From contig CAYHAA010000017.1 in the NCBI GenBank assembly GCA_964354495.1, forward strand, positions 1 through 32,000: 32,000 bases of DNA, given 5' to 3'. The stretch comes from an uncultured archaeon. GTDB taxonomy: Archaea > Asgardarchaeota > Thorarchaeia > Thorarchaeales > Thorarchaeaceae. Made by a program: the position numbers and the translations under genes. Each line of letters starts with the position of its first letter. Position 1 is the stretch's first letter. Under the pieces are notes generated by a model. That model was not told the DNA's origin, searched no databases, and was given only the letters and a program-made list of their open reading frames with translations. Shown piece after piece: positions 20,219 through 29,526 of the stretch.

Positions 20219-21223
20219 CTACTGCCTTCGATGAAGATAGACAATCAGGATGATGAAACCGGGTACAATGATAATTGCTGCATAGACCAGGTACTGCACA
20301 TCTGGCGGATATGTACCATTGCCGGCGACGTGTTCAACAATGAACACCTCCAGAACGCTGCCAACAATCTCGAGACTCTCAGCACTACATTTGTCAGAAG
20401 TGTCCTGGAGGGTGTGCCAATACTCTGGGAAAGGATACTCGATTAGGACCACAGCAGGAATACCTGCATCTAGGAACGGTCTATGATCATCAAGGATGCT
20501 GCCACCGGCTGATTCGACAAAGACATCACCATAGCCCATCTGGCCTGCAATAGACCATATCGCGTTCTGCAGCGATGAGGTTGAGTAACCCTCCCGTGGA
20601 AGATACAGGTCACTATCGCCTACCATATCAACAAGCACCATTGCACTAATCGATTCTCTTCTTGTGGTATTGAGCTCGGACACATAGTATGTGGAACCCT
20701 GTATCCAGTCCCAGCCATTGATTGTTCCCGAATCTTCGGCATCGAAGAAGACGATTTCAACTTCTGAACGAATGGACTCAGGAAGCACTCGAGCCAGTTC
20801 CATGAGAACGGCGGTTCCACTTCCACCATCATTTGCACCAAGAATTGGCCTCGTTCGGTTTAGCGGATCAGAGTCCCGCGAAGCCTCTGGACGAGTGTCA
20901 TAGTGCGCTCCGAGAATTATGGAAGTATTGACCGAAGAGTTCCAAGTGGCAATGATATTCGTGCATATCGTTTCTCTATATGTGAAGTTCTGGAGTGTGA
21001 CGTTCCAACCAAATGATTCGATGGTTTCGGAGATATAGAGCCTACAGAGAGTCAGGTTCTCAGACCCCGGAGGTCTGGGACCGAAGGAGCATTGCTCCAA
21101 AAGATAGTCATACGCATTATCTCCATCAAATGTAGGGATATGGGTGGTCTGTGCATTTGTTTGAACTGTTAGCGCGGACAGTAGAATGATGAAGACCGCA
21201 ATAGACTCTAGGACTCTCATCAA
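20219..21223 (-). CDS. M28-family metallopeptidase (glutaminyl cyclase/aminopeptidase-like), secreted and membrane-anchored
   Basis: Signal peptide, GAHYDTR, GANDGGSG, FFDAED, DMVGD, DDH motifs, C-terminal TM helix. Confidence 0.9.
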   Translation of the reverse strand: MMRVLESIAVFIILLSALTVQTNAQTTHIPTFDGDNAYDYLLEQCSFGPRPPGSENLTLCRLYISETIESFGWNVTLQNFTYRETICTNIIATWNSSVNTSIILGAHYDTRPEASRDSDPLNRTRPILGANDGGSGTAVLMELARVLPESIRSEVEIVFFDAEDSGTINGWDWIQGSTYYVSELNTTRRESISAMVLVDMVGDSDLYLPREGYSTSSLQNAIWSIAGQMGYGDVFVESAGGSILDDHRPFLDAGIPAVVLIEYPFPEYWHTLQDTSDKCSAESLEIVGSVLEVFIVEHVAGNGTYPPDVQYLVYAAIIIVPGFIILIVYLHRRQ

Positions 21224-21257
21224 GATTGCAGGCAGGTGTATCTACCTAAGAAGGTTT

Positions 21258-22487
21258 TCAGTATGATACAGGCATTCTGGACTTGACCATCTGCATGAGC
21301 ATTTTAGGAAGCTGCCTTGGCAAGCTCTTCAGGATAAGATAGGGGATATCTGCATAACCTATCTCCCCTCTCGCAACCATAGACATCACATCTGAAGCGA
21401 GCTTGTAGCCGCTAATACGTGGGAGGATTCGCTCGGCAAAGACAGTCCCTTTGGATCCCGCCCAAGCTGCCATCTGAAAATTCGCAGCGAACTCTCTCCT
21501 ACATAGAATCTGATACTCTGAGAGTCTAGCTGCATCATACTTGCCCTCTTCAATTGCGCTGTCAATCACCGCGGCTGCGAAGACACCGGATTTCATTGCA
21601 TAGGCAATACCCTCCCCCATCATTGGATCCACAAACCCTGCGGCATCGCCCACGAGAATAGCACGATCAGCAACATTTCGACTACCTAGCCCATCTCCGC
21701 CAAGAAAGCATGTTCGCCTCTTCTCTAGGGGAAGACGCACATGCAGTCTTTCCTCCAAATTCCTATGAAACCGATCAAAGACCGACCGAAGGGCACGCAT
21801 GTGTACTCCAGACCCTGCGACCCCAATGGCCAAGTGTTCACGTTTAGGAAAGATCCAGCCATAACTGATACGGTCTTGAGCAGGAATTATCTCGAGAACA
21901 GAGGGATTGCCATTGGTGGCCCTGTCCACTCCGTCCTCCCCCACATAGAAATCGGACTCCATTCCAAGACCCACCTTTGTCAAATCCTTTCGTTCTGGGC
22001 GCAATCCCAGGGACCGACTGACTAGGGAATTCACACCATCAGCACCAATCAGAAATCGAGAACGAAATTCACTACCGTCCTTCACTCGTACTATTGCGGT
22101 TCCATCTGAAGTAGCGGCATGGACAACCTGTGTGTCTTCCATGAGTTCGGAACCAGCATTAACTGCTCTCTTTGTGAGATATTCATCGAACCTATTTCGG
22201 AAGACCGTGATTCCTATCATCTTGTCAGAAACAAATTCTGCTTTTGCACCGTTAGGTAGACTGAATCTTAGACCGAAAATTCTCTGTTCTACGAGCCTAC
22301 GCGGCACGTGCCCTCCTATGATACGAATGCCGCGGAACATCACAGCGCCGCCACATGGCTTATCCCTCGGGAGAGAGCTTTTTTCCAGTAACAGAGTGGA
22401 GAGGCCTTGCTTTGCGCACTCATAGGCAGCGATAGACCCAGCAGGTCCGGCTCCGACAACTACCACATCGTAGGTCAACTCTCTCAA
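21258..22487 (-). CDS. Geranylgeranyl reductase family FAD-dependent oxidoreductase
   Basis: DVVVVGAGPAG, KPCGG, IGADG, GYGWIFP-like YGWIFP, LVGDAAGFVDPMMGEGI. Confidence 0.92.
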   Translation of the reverse strand: MRELTYDVVVVGAGPAGSIAAYECAKQGLSTLLLEKSSLPRDKPCGGAVMFRGIRIIGGHVPRRLVEQRIFGLRFSLPNGAKAEFVSDKMIGITVFRNRFDEYLTKRAVNAGSELMEDTQVVHAATSDGTAIVRVKDGSEFRSRFLIGADGVNSLVSRSLGLRPERKDLTKVGLGMESDFYVGEDGVDRATNGNPSVLEIIPAQDRISYGWIFPKREHLAIGVAGSGVHMRALRSVFDRFHRNLEERLHVRLPLEKRRTCFLGGDGLGSRNVADRAILVGDAAGFVDPMMGEGIAYAMKSGVFAAAVIDSAIEEGKYDAARLSEYQILCRREFAANFQMAAWAGSKGTVFAERILPRISGYKLASDVMSMVARGEIGYADIPYLILKSLPRQLPKMLMQMVKSRMPVSY

Positions 22488-22582
22488 ATGCCTCCCCTAG
22501 AGCCAATTCCCAGATATGCAAGCACAAGCTCTGCATCATACGACTGTTACTACTGAACTATGAACGCTAATTAGGCTTAGCT

Positions 22583-23407
22583 TCAACTTCTTATGACCCT
22601 GAAAGTATCTACAGGCTCCTTGTCGCTGACGCCCAGTTTCTCGCGTATCAGTTCTTCATAGGCAGGATTTATCTCATAGCCTATGGAGTTTCGACCCAAC
22701 TCTCGAGCAACTCGGAGAGTCGTTCCACTGCCAGCGAATGGGTCGAGGACCGTATCGCCCACAAACGAGTAGAGCCTGATACATCTGCGTGGAAGTTCCT
22801 CCGGAAATGGTGCAGGATGTCGTTCCTGTTTGGCTGAAACAGGTTGGAAGTCCCAAATAGAGTTCTGTACCCACCTTGTGAATTCATCATGTGTGATTGC
22901 TGACTCCTCTTTCCTAGCTTTGCCTACTGGAGGCCGCTTGCCGCTCTTGGAAAATACAATGATCCATTCGTATGGGTATGTCGCAAGGAGATTGCCAGGG
23001 TATGGATACGACCCCCACGAACTGAATCGTACAGCCTTTCGTTTGTCCCAGATATACAATGAGTGGAAGTACATGTTGCCAAGAGAACTCATGAACTCCT
23101 CAAGGTCCGGAAGTACAGTCTTAGTGACTCTGCGATTGAACTTCGAGGTAGCTCTTGGAAGTAGGATCGGCATGATATTCACAATGAGCTTTCCATCAGG
23201 TACCAGCGTTCTTACACATTCCTTGAATACTTCGCAGAGTGATCCAATGTATTCATCATAGGTCGAAGAGGACTGGCCAATGGCATCCTCACTGCCATAG
23301 TCTTTGAGCCTCCAGTATGGTGGGGACGTGACAACAAGATGAACAGACTCATCCGGAACTTCCTTCATACAGCGACTATCTCCGATTACGACAAGATGAG
23401 TCGTCAT
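22583..23407 (-). CDS. Site-specific DNA methyltransferase (N4-C/N6-A, beta-like motif order)
   Basis: VVTSPPY, HPAPFP, VLDPFAGSGTT. Start placed at ATG 23407, just after the upstream stop. Confidence 0.92.
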   Translation of the reverse strand: MTTHLVVIGDSRCMKEVPDESVHLVVTSPPYWRLKDYGSEDAIGQSSSTYDEYIGSLCEVFKECVRTLVPDGKLIVNIMPILLPRATSKFNRRVTKTVLPDLEEFMSSLGNMYFHSLYIWDKRKAVRFSSWGSYPYPGNLLATYPYEWIIVFSKSGKRPPVGKARKEESAITHDEFTRWVQNSIWDFQPVSAKQERHPAPFPEELPRRCIRLYSFVGDTVLDPFAGSGTTLRVARELGRNSIGYEINPAYEELIREKLGVSDKEPVDTFRVIRS

Positions 23408-23408
23408 T

Positions 23409-24530
23409 CTACTTGCGTCCTCCAGTGGCCAGGTTCCATACAATCACCTGTTCCTTTCGTCGCGTGGCGTTTATGCTATCCCAGAGCTCGCTTGCAGTAT
23501 TCGTATACTCGCGCTCTATGACATATGGATCGGCCCAAGGAGCAATGTCTGAAAACAAGTCAGAGCCGCGTACCAGCTTCCTGTGAACCATCCTGTTTCC
23601 AACAACAAAGATGATTATCGACTTGTCATGGACCACCGTGTCGATAGCAAGCAATGCGTCGCGCATGTCTCTTCTATAGGTAGCAAATCTCTGAATCAAC
23701 CCACCACGAATTTGGGCTCTATCAACATCTAGTATCTCTAGTACCAGTTTCGTGTAGTAACCTGTATAGTCCAGTGCATCAAAGTAAGGAGGACTAGTAT
23801 ATACAATATCAATGGAATGTGAGGGAATGATTTCATGTATGAGGCGCGCATCATGGAAGTGGATCTTGGCCGGCGGTGCACCTCGCACGAAGTCAACGTG
23901 CTTTCGTACCTTACGCTGGAGTGCTGAATAGAAATCGATACATCTCAGAGGCGAGTTTATCTTCCCGATGGATGTTGAAGTCCACAGCCATCCGTTGCAT
24001 GCTCTTGCTGCAAGGCATATCGCTCCATAGAAACATGCCAGAAGGAACGGAGAGAAATCTCTTGACACAGATAGTATCTTCATTATCTGATCAGCTGTTG
24101 TTGGGTGAAAGTACTTCGCAGGGCCTGTGGGCATTCTGGGAACATCTGTAAGAGATTGAGCGTCTGCAATGGTATTTTCAAGATGAATGAGAACTGCCTC
24201 CTTGTCCAGAGGCTCAGTCTTTCCACGAGCAATCATACAAGCGAGAGGATTATTATCAACTCCAGTCACAAGCAGTCCACGTTGTTGCGCTTCATAGACT
24301 GTTGTTCCTGTACCACAGAATGGATCCAACAAGCGCGAATGAGGAGCGAATTGAGAGATGATCTGGGCAGCATCAATGGGAGACATCTTCCCTCTGTAGG
24401 GGTAGATACCATGGATAGATCGGGGATTACTCACTTTTTCAAGATGCCTGAGGGTGATTCTTCCTGGGGAGATAAGAAAGTGAGAGTCCTCAGCCGCAGG
24501 TTCATTCATGACACTCTTGAAATGGTGCAT
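23409..24530 (-). CDS. Site-specific DNA methyltransferase (alpha-like motif order, probably N4-C)
   Basis: HGIYPYRGK, LLDPFCGTGTT, TSPPYF. Confidence 0.88.
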   Translation of the reverse strand: MHHFKSVMNEPAAEDSHFLISPGRITLRHLEKVSNPRSIHGIYPYRGKMSPIDAAQIISQFAPHSRLLDPFCGTGTTVYEAQQRGLLVTGVDNNPLACMIARGKTEPLDKEAVLIHLENTIADAQSLTDVPRMPTGPAKYFHPTTADQIMKILSVSRDFSPFLLACFYGAICLAARACNGWLWTSTSIGKINSPLRCIDFYSALQRKVRKHVDFVRGAPPAKIHFHDARLIHEIIPSHSIDIVYTSPPYFDALDYTGYYTKLVLEILDVDRAQIRGGLIQRFATYRRDMRDALLAIDTVVHDKSIIIFVVGNRMVHRKLVRGSDLFSDIAPWADPYVIEREYTNTASELWDSINATRRKEQVIVWNLATGGRK

Positions 24531-24688
24531 CTGGCTAATAAGCTGTCCACTCTGCCGCTAGATATCCGGACAAGTCTCACATCCAGCCCTTGGCCTCAGA
24601 CCTATACTATGCATTACCTTGCCGCTTGGTGGCTCTCCAGCAGACTCAGACCCCACTGGAACTGACATGTTTTTCCTTGTCACACACA

Positions 24689-25462
24689 TCATTTCTTGAA
24701 GACTCTATCAATGGATGCAATGGTTGCCTGCACTGTCTTTTCTATCGCTTCGATGATGAGCGGATTTTGTTCTCCCGTCTTCTCAGCTTCATCCTTCTGC
24801 TCGCCTTTTTGGGCACCATGGAGATTGCCGTCACAGGAAAGAATCGAGGCCGCATCTAACCCCCGGGTCTGTGCAAACGTGAAAACCAGCGAACTCTCCA
24901 TCTCCACACATTTGACCTTCGCTCGAGTCCACAGATCTAATCTGTCGTAGTCTGGATTCGTATAATAGATGTCGGTTGTCAGACATATACCAGCATGCAC
25001 ACGCTTTGGGGGAAGGGTCTTGGAGATTTCTTCATAGAGAGCATTGAACCAGACAGGCGAGGCAACTGCAGGATATTCTATTGGAGCATAGTTGAGACTC
25101 GCTCGTTCATCTCGAACACAACCTGTCGGAACAACCACATTGCCAGTTATGACCAATGGGTCGATTCCTCCGCAACTTCCAAGCCGAATTATCACCTTTG
25201 CACCCAGTTTTGCTAGCTCTTCAATGCAGATGTGAGTCGATGCAACACCCATTCCCGTACCGGAGATAGTGACAGGATTTCCTTTTGGTGTATAGGCATG
25301 ATAAGTCACCAGACCCCTGTATCGGGCACGCTCTTCGGCATCCTTCATCTTCGATGCAATTATCGGTACACGATCAGGATTGCCAGTGATGATGACTGCC
25401 TTCTCTACATCACCTTCTCCAACTCTCAGATGTGGTTGAACTCTCTTCTTCAAAGGACTCAC
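24689..25462 (-). CDS. udp: Uridine/nucleoside phosphorylase
   Basis: QPHL, GNPDRV, GMGVAS..IEEL, IRLGSCGG, VEMES motifs. Confidence 0.85.
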   Translation of the reverse strand: MSPLKKRVQPHLRVGEGDVEKAVIITGNPDRVPIIASKMKDAEERARYRGLVTYHAYTPKGNPVTISGTGMGVASTHICIEELAKLGAKVIIRLGSCGGIDPLVITGNVVVPTGCVRDERASLNYAPIEYPAVASPVWFNALYEEISKTLPPKRVHAGICLTTDIYYTNPDYDRLDLWTRAKVKCVEMESSLVFTFAQTRGLDAASILSCDGNLHGAQKGEQKDEAEKTGEQNPLIIEAIEKTVQATIASIDRVFKK

Positions 25463-25520
25463 CTAGTACTTCTGAACAATCCGAACTCTCTTTTCACTTT
25501 TCGGTTTTGATTCTTGGCCC

Positions 25521-25715
25521 CTAGCATGGCTCTGTTTGGATTCTACGGACGATGCAGTTGACACAGACCCATTTGTTACCTATGAGAAAAGACTTGCTGA
25601 ACCTCGGTGGGGCAGTTCCGCAGAAATCGCATCGGTTCTTGCTAGCCGAGTAGTTCTCACCGAGAAAGACGAATAGAAGAGACAACAGCTTGGTAGCAGA
25701 CTGTTCAATCAACAT
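25521..25715 (-). CDS. Small putative zinc-finger protein (start uncertain)
   Basis: CDFC..CVNC pair in a 64-aa ORF that fits the intergenic gap. Confidence 0.35.
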   Translation of the reverse strand: MLIEQSATKLLSLLFVFLGENYSASKNRCDFCGTAPPRFSKSFLIGNKWVCVNCIVRRIQTEPC

Positions 25716-25844
25716 CTGTGGACACTTCGCTAGTGTAGTCCTACAGGCCCCTTATTAGGTCGTCATCTTTAGAAAACAGAGGAAACCCACACCACCACAA
25801 CAAAGGGGTTTATTGCGGAGGAGCTTCTCGCGGGGTCGACCATC

Positions 25845-26222
25845 ATGACTGAAGATGTCAACTTTGAATACTATTGTTACCGTTGTGGTGCAAAGAATCA
25901 AATCACACTACCGTGCCCAATTGCCCCGGAATTTCACCATTCAGACTTGCAGTGCAGAAGCTGTGGTGATGGCACACGAGTAATTCTGAGCCATTGTCCA
26001 AGTTGTTCGAGATTCATTTTCTGGATTGATGATATGTCTATACCAGAGCTTGTAACAGGGTTTGCTAGATACATGGTCCACAATATGCAGACAATGATTG
26101 ACCAAGCTGCCCTGCAGGGCGCAACCCTAGAGATTGACACACAAGACAAGTATCCAATCTCAGCCAACTGTCCATGTGGTGAGAAAGTCAAAATAGAGAT
26201 TCCAATACCTGATTTGGACTAG
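25845..26222 (+). CDS. Cys-rich zinc-ribbon protein (125 aa)
   Basis: CYRC, CRSC, CPSC, CPC motifs; ATG start. Confidence 0.7.
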   Translation: MTEDVNFEYYCYRCGAKNQITLPCPIAPEFHHSDLQCRSCGDGTRVILSHCPSCSRFIFWIDDMSIPELVTGFARYMVHNMQTMIDQAALQGATLEIDTQDKYPISANCPCGEKVKIEIPIPDLD

Positions 26223-26255
26223 GAATGAAGAATTCAGTGAAGTATGTTGGGACTA

Positions 26256-26933
26256 TCAACCAGTCATGAGTGTAGGTCTGTTCTTTTGCCTCCACAGACA
26301 CGGTTCTTGAAGAGGACATATCTCGCACCGAGGATCTCGCCTCAGGCACACCATAGCGACGAGATCGATGACGCCCCAGTAGAAAGCTTTGTTTTGCTCA
26401 CCGAGTTCAAAGGACGCTATGAAGTCCCAAGCGCTCCGATTAGCGGGACCAGCAAATTTCAACTCGAACAATCGTGATAGCAGGTGAATAGTGTTACCAT
26501 CGACAAGCGGCGAAGGTCTACAGAATGCAAAGTTCAAGACCGCAGAAGCAACATATACTCCGACACCAGGTAGATTGACCAGTCTTTCCATTGTGTCAGG
26601 GATAGACCCTTTGAATTCCTTCACTATGTGGGCTGCGGTCTGCTGGAGATGCAGAGCTCTAAGATTCTGGAGCCCTAGTGTACCAACCATGGATGCGATG
26701 GTTCGGACTCTTGCCCGTGCAAGTTGCTCTGGTCGCTCGAATCGTCTTATGAACGCGGAATAGACCCGCGCCACTGCAGTCGCAGTCGTGCGTCTCAGAA
26801 GCATCTCTGCAATCAGTACTTCATAGGGGTCCGAAGTGGTTCTCCAAGGAAGGTCTCTGCCATTTGTGTCGAACCACCTGATGATGGACTCCTGTACCCT
26901 GCTCTTCATTAATTCGGTGGGAAGGAGATTCAT
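26256..26933 (-). CDS. HhH-GPD DNA glycosylase with [4Fe-4S], MIG/MutY family
   Basis: GRDLPWR..PYEVLIAEMLLRRT, LPGVGVY, VDGN, C-x6-C-x2-C-x5-C. Confidence 0.9.
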   Translation of the reverse strand: MNLLPTELMKSRVQESIIRWFDTNGRDLPWRTTSDPYEVLIAEMLLRRTTATAVARVYSAFIRRFERPEQLARARVRTIASMVGTLGLQNLRALHLQQTAAHIVKEFKGSIPDTMERLVNLPGVGVYVASAVLNFAFCRPSPLVDGNTIHLLSRLFELKFAGPANRSAWDFIASFELGEQNKAFYWGVIDLVAMVCLRRDPRCEICPLQEPCLWRQKNRPTLMTG

Positions 26934-27488
26934 TCACGACTCCTCATGCACTTTTCTCCTTACAAGATCAACAATCTCGGAGGGTTTCATCAGAACTGTG
27001 ACAGACTCCATGTTGCGCAACCGATTGACATTCTCCAGGTCAATGGTACGAGGATAGACAGTGAACTTGATTCTATCTGGACTCTCTGTTTCAATTGGTT
27101 CTTCAGACTGATCAACCGGATAGACATACACAGGAGTATGTCCCTTGAGCGCCTGAGCAACCGCATTAGTAATCAGTGTGTCAGCAATACCATGAGCAAT
27201 CTTTGCTGTCGAATTCCCAGTAAGTGGCGCCACAATTAGCAGGTCATATGTGCCAATCTGCAGAGGACCAGCAATGAATGGGACATTGGCATTGGTTTCT
27301 ATTTGCACTCTGTCAAATGATGCTCTCAAACGCTCCAAGAGATTATACCATCGCAGCACTTGCTCTCCAGCTTTTGAAACAACCACTGAGATCTTCAGTC
27401 CATCCAACTCTTTCAGATGAATCATGGTTTCTAGAATCTCGTCTAATCTATCACCCGAGCCAGTTATTCCCCAAATAATGCGAATCAC
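26934..27488 (-). CDS. Archaeal flavoprotein (AfpA/DmrX-like); ORF is open upstream to 27542
   Basis: IWGITGSG, APLTGNSTAKIAHGIADTLITNAVAQ, VYPVD. Confidence 0.85.
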   Translation of the reverse strand: MIRIIWGITGSGDRLDEILETMIHLKELDGLKISVVVSKAGEQVLRWYNLLERLRASFDRVQIETNANVPFIAGPLQIGTYDLLIVAPLTGNSTAKIAHGIADTLITNAVAQALKGHTPVYVYPVDQSEEPIETESPDRIKFTVYPRTIDLENVNRLRNMESVTVLMKPSEIVDLVRRKVHEES

Positions 27489-27609
27489 TGTAATCGGCAC
27501 CTTGATGATGCATATGCAGAAATACATACGCCTCTCAGGCAACAGGCGAATACTTCAAAGAGCGGCACTGCTACTTGGACGAGGAACACAACCAGTCAGG
27601 CTGCTAGAA

Positions 27610-28602
27610 ATGTACAGAGCAAGCGTCGGTATCACGACAAGTATGAATACGAGTGCTACAAACTGGATAGGCCAGATTGCAGACTCATTAGGGGTAGAGG
27701 GGATTTGGGTTGGTGAGGACATAGGTGTGGGACAAGAACCCTCTATTCTCTCATCTTTCCTACTAGAGAACACAACACAAGTCAGGGTGGGCACCGGCAT
27801 CACACCAATTACAGTACATAATATCTCAACAATAGCCAGAATGGCCTACACACTGCAGGAGGTCGGCAATGGAAGATTCGTTCTTGGATTAGGTCTTGGA
27901 GGTATTCAGGACCTGCAAAGGGCAGGACTGAAGGTGGACAAACCTGTGAGTGCGTTACGCGATGCGACTCTAGCTCTTAGACATCTCTTCAATGCCGATT
28001 CTGTCACCATGAAGTCCGAGCTCTTCAATCTCACCGAGTTCAGCCTGCGAATCAGTCAACCAATTGACATTCCAGTCTTCTTCGGAGTTCGCGGTCCCCA
28101 GATGCTTAAGCTTGCCGGAGAGATGGCAGATGGAGTGATTCTCTCAGGACCCCTGGAGTACCTACGATATGCAATGGATATCATAGACAAGGCTGCGCAT
28201 GAGAGAGAGAGGCCTCTGAGAGAGATTGAGAGAGTAGTGTGGCTACCAACGATTCCAACATTTAAGGGAGGTAGTGACAAACTCGCAAAGCAAGTCGTCG
28301 CTTTGGTTCTTGCAGACACTCCAGAGCAAGTACTGGACCTATTGGACATTGACAGAAACCGAGCAGACAGAATACGCAAAGTCGTTGCAGCATCGGGACC
28401 GAAGGCCGGGGCGGATCTTATTAATCAAGACTTCATCGACACCTTTGCAGTCTCTGGAACAAAGGAGCATATGATTGACAGATTCGAGGAGATACACAAA
28501 ATGGGGGTGACAGAGGTAGTTCTTGGGCCTCCATTCAGTGGGGATTGGAGGGGAGCGATGACCGAGATCTTCCAGGAGATACATCAGAGGAGAGGCTCCT
28601 GA
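27610..28602 (+). CDS. LLM-class (Mer-like, F420/FMN-dependent) oxidoreductase
   Basis: GIWVGED, VRVGTGIT, GRFVLGLGLG, GVRGPQMLKLAGEMADGVIL. Start placed at ATG 27610. Confidence 0.9.
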   Translation: MYRASVGITTSMNTSATNWIGQIADSLGVEGIWVGEDIGVGQEPSILSSFLLENTTQVRVGTGITPITVHNISTIARMAYTLQEVGNGRFVLGLGLGGIQDLQRAGLKVDKPVSALRDATLALRHLFNADSVTMKSELFNLTEFSLRISQPIDIPVFFGVRGPQMLKLAGEMADGVILSGPLEYLRYAMDIIDKAAHERERPLREIERVVWLPTIPTFKGGSDKLAKQVVALVLADTPEQVLDLLDIDRNRADRIRKVVAASGPKAGADLINQDFIDTFAVSGTKEHMIDRFEEIHKMGVTEVVLGPPFSGDWRGAMTEIFQEIHQRRGS

Positions 28603-29522
28603 TGGAGTGGGGAATAGCCATCAATCTCAGAGAGCCGGTTTCCGAGATTGTTGAGAAGGCAATGGTCGCGGATACCGGAGGCTTGGATTCTGTCTGGATC
28701 ACCGACTATCCTGCTACAAAGTTGTCACCAGTCTTGGCTTCAGTTGTCGCTCAAAAGACTGTGAAGTGCAGAATTGGTGTGGGCCTCCTGAGCCCACTCA
28801 TCTATCCGCCGACGCAGATAGTCAGGTTCATGTCTGGTCTAATAAGAGCACATGGGGATCGATTCGATCTCCTACTTGGACCCGGAGATAAGACGCGTCT
28901 AGCAAACATTGGTGTTCAATATGGAAAAAGGGCAACGCTTGTTAAGAAGATGGCAGAGTCACTGGTCACGGTGCGTGAAGGGCTAGCTGACTTCAATGAG
29001 TGTCGTGTGTTCTTCGGCGCACAGGGAGTCAAGATGATCGAAATCTCAAGGGCTTCTGATGGGGTGTTTCTGAACTACTCAGACCCTGAAATGATTCGAG
29101 AGGCCATGACAGCACTGGGAAGAATTCCTGCCGGATTCAAGATTGGTGTGTTTCCACCCACATTAGTTGGAGATTCTGTTTCCTGCAATGAGCGTCTGGG
29201 AATACGGGGCTCTGCTGCAGTTGTCGCACTTGGACTGAGTCCAGCCATGATGAAACGATTCAAGATATACGAGGCTCTCCTCCCTGCGCTCTCGCTCTTT
29301 AGAGAGAGAGGCAAAGTGGATGAAAGCGTGATTCAACTGCTTGACCAAAGCATCATTGATAGGTTCTGTGTCTGCGAGAACCTAGAAGGAGTCTGTAACC
29401 GGGTGCTGCAGTTTGAGAAGCTAGGAGTGACAATGATTGTTTTCGGGCCGCCTCAAGGATCTAATCACGAAGGCGTTAACCAACTGATCCAGGCCAAAAA
29501 CATATGTAAGAAACCGGATTAG
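28602..29522 (+). CDS. Second LLM-class oxidoreductase (TGATG-coupled to the first)
   Basis: DSVWITD, RIGVGLLSP, RFDLLLGPG, GAQGVKMI..SDGVFLN, IVFGPP. Confidence 0.85.
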   Translation: MEWGIAINLREPVSEIVEKAMVADTGGLDSVWITDYPATKLSPVLASVVAQKTVKCRIGVGLLSPLIYPPTQIVRFMSGLIRAHGDRFDLLLGPGDKTRLANIGVQYGKRATLVKKMAESLVTVREGLADFNECRVFFGAQGVKMIEISRASDGVFLNYSDPEMIREAMTALGRIPAGFKIGVFPPTLVGDSVSCNERLGIRGSAAVVALGLSPAMMKRFKIYEALLPALSLFRERGKVDESVIQLLDQSIIDRFCVCENLEGVCNRVLQFEKLGVTMIVFGPPQGSNHEGVNQLIQAKNICKKPD

Positions 29523-29526
29523 GCTC

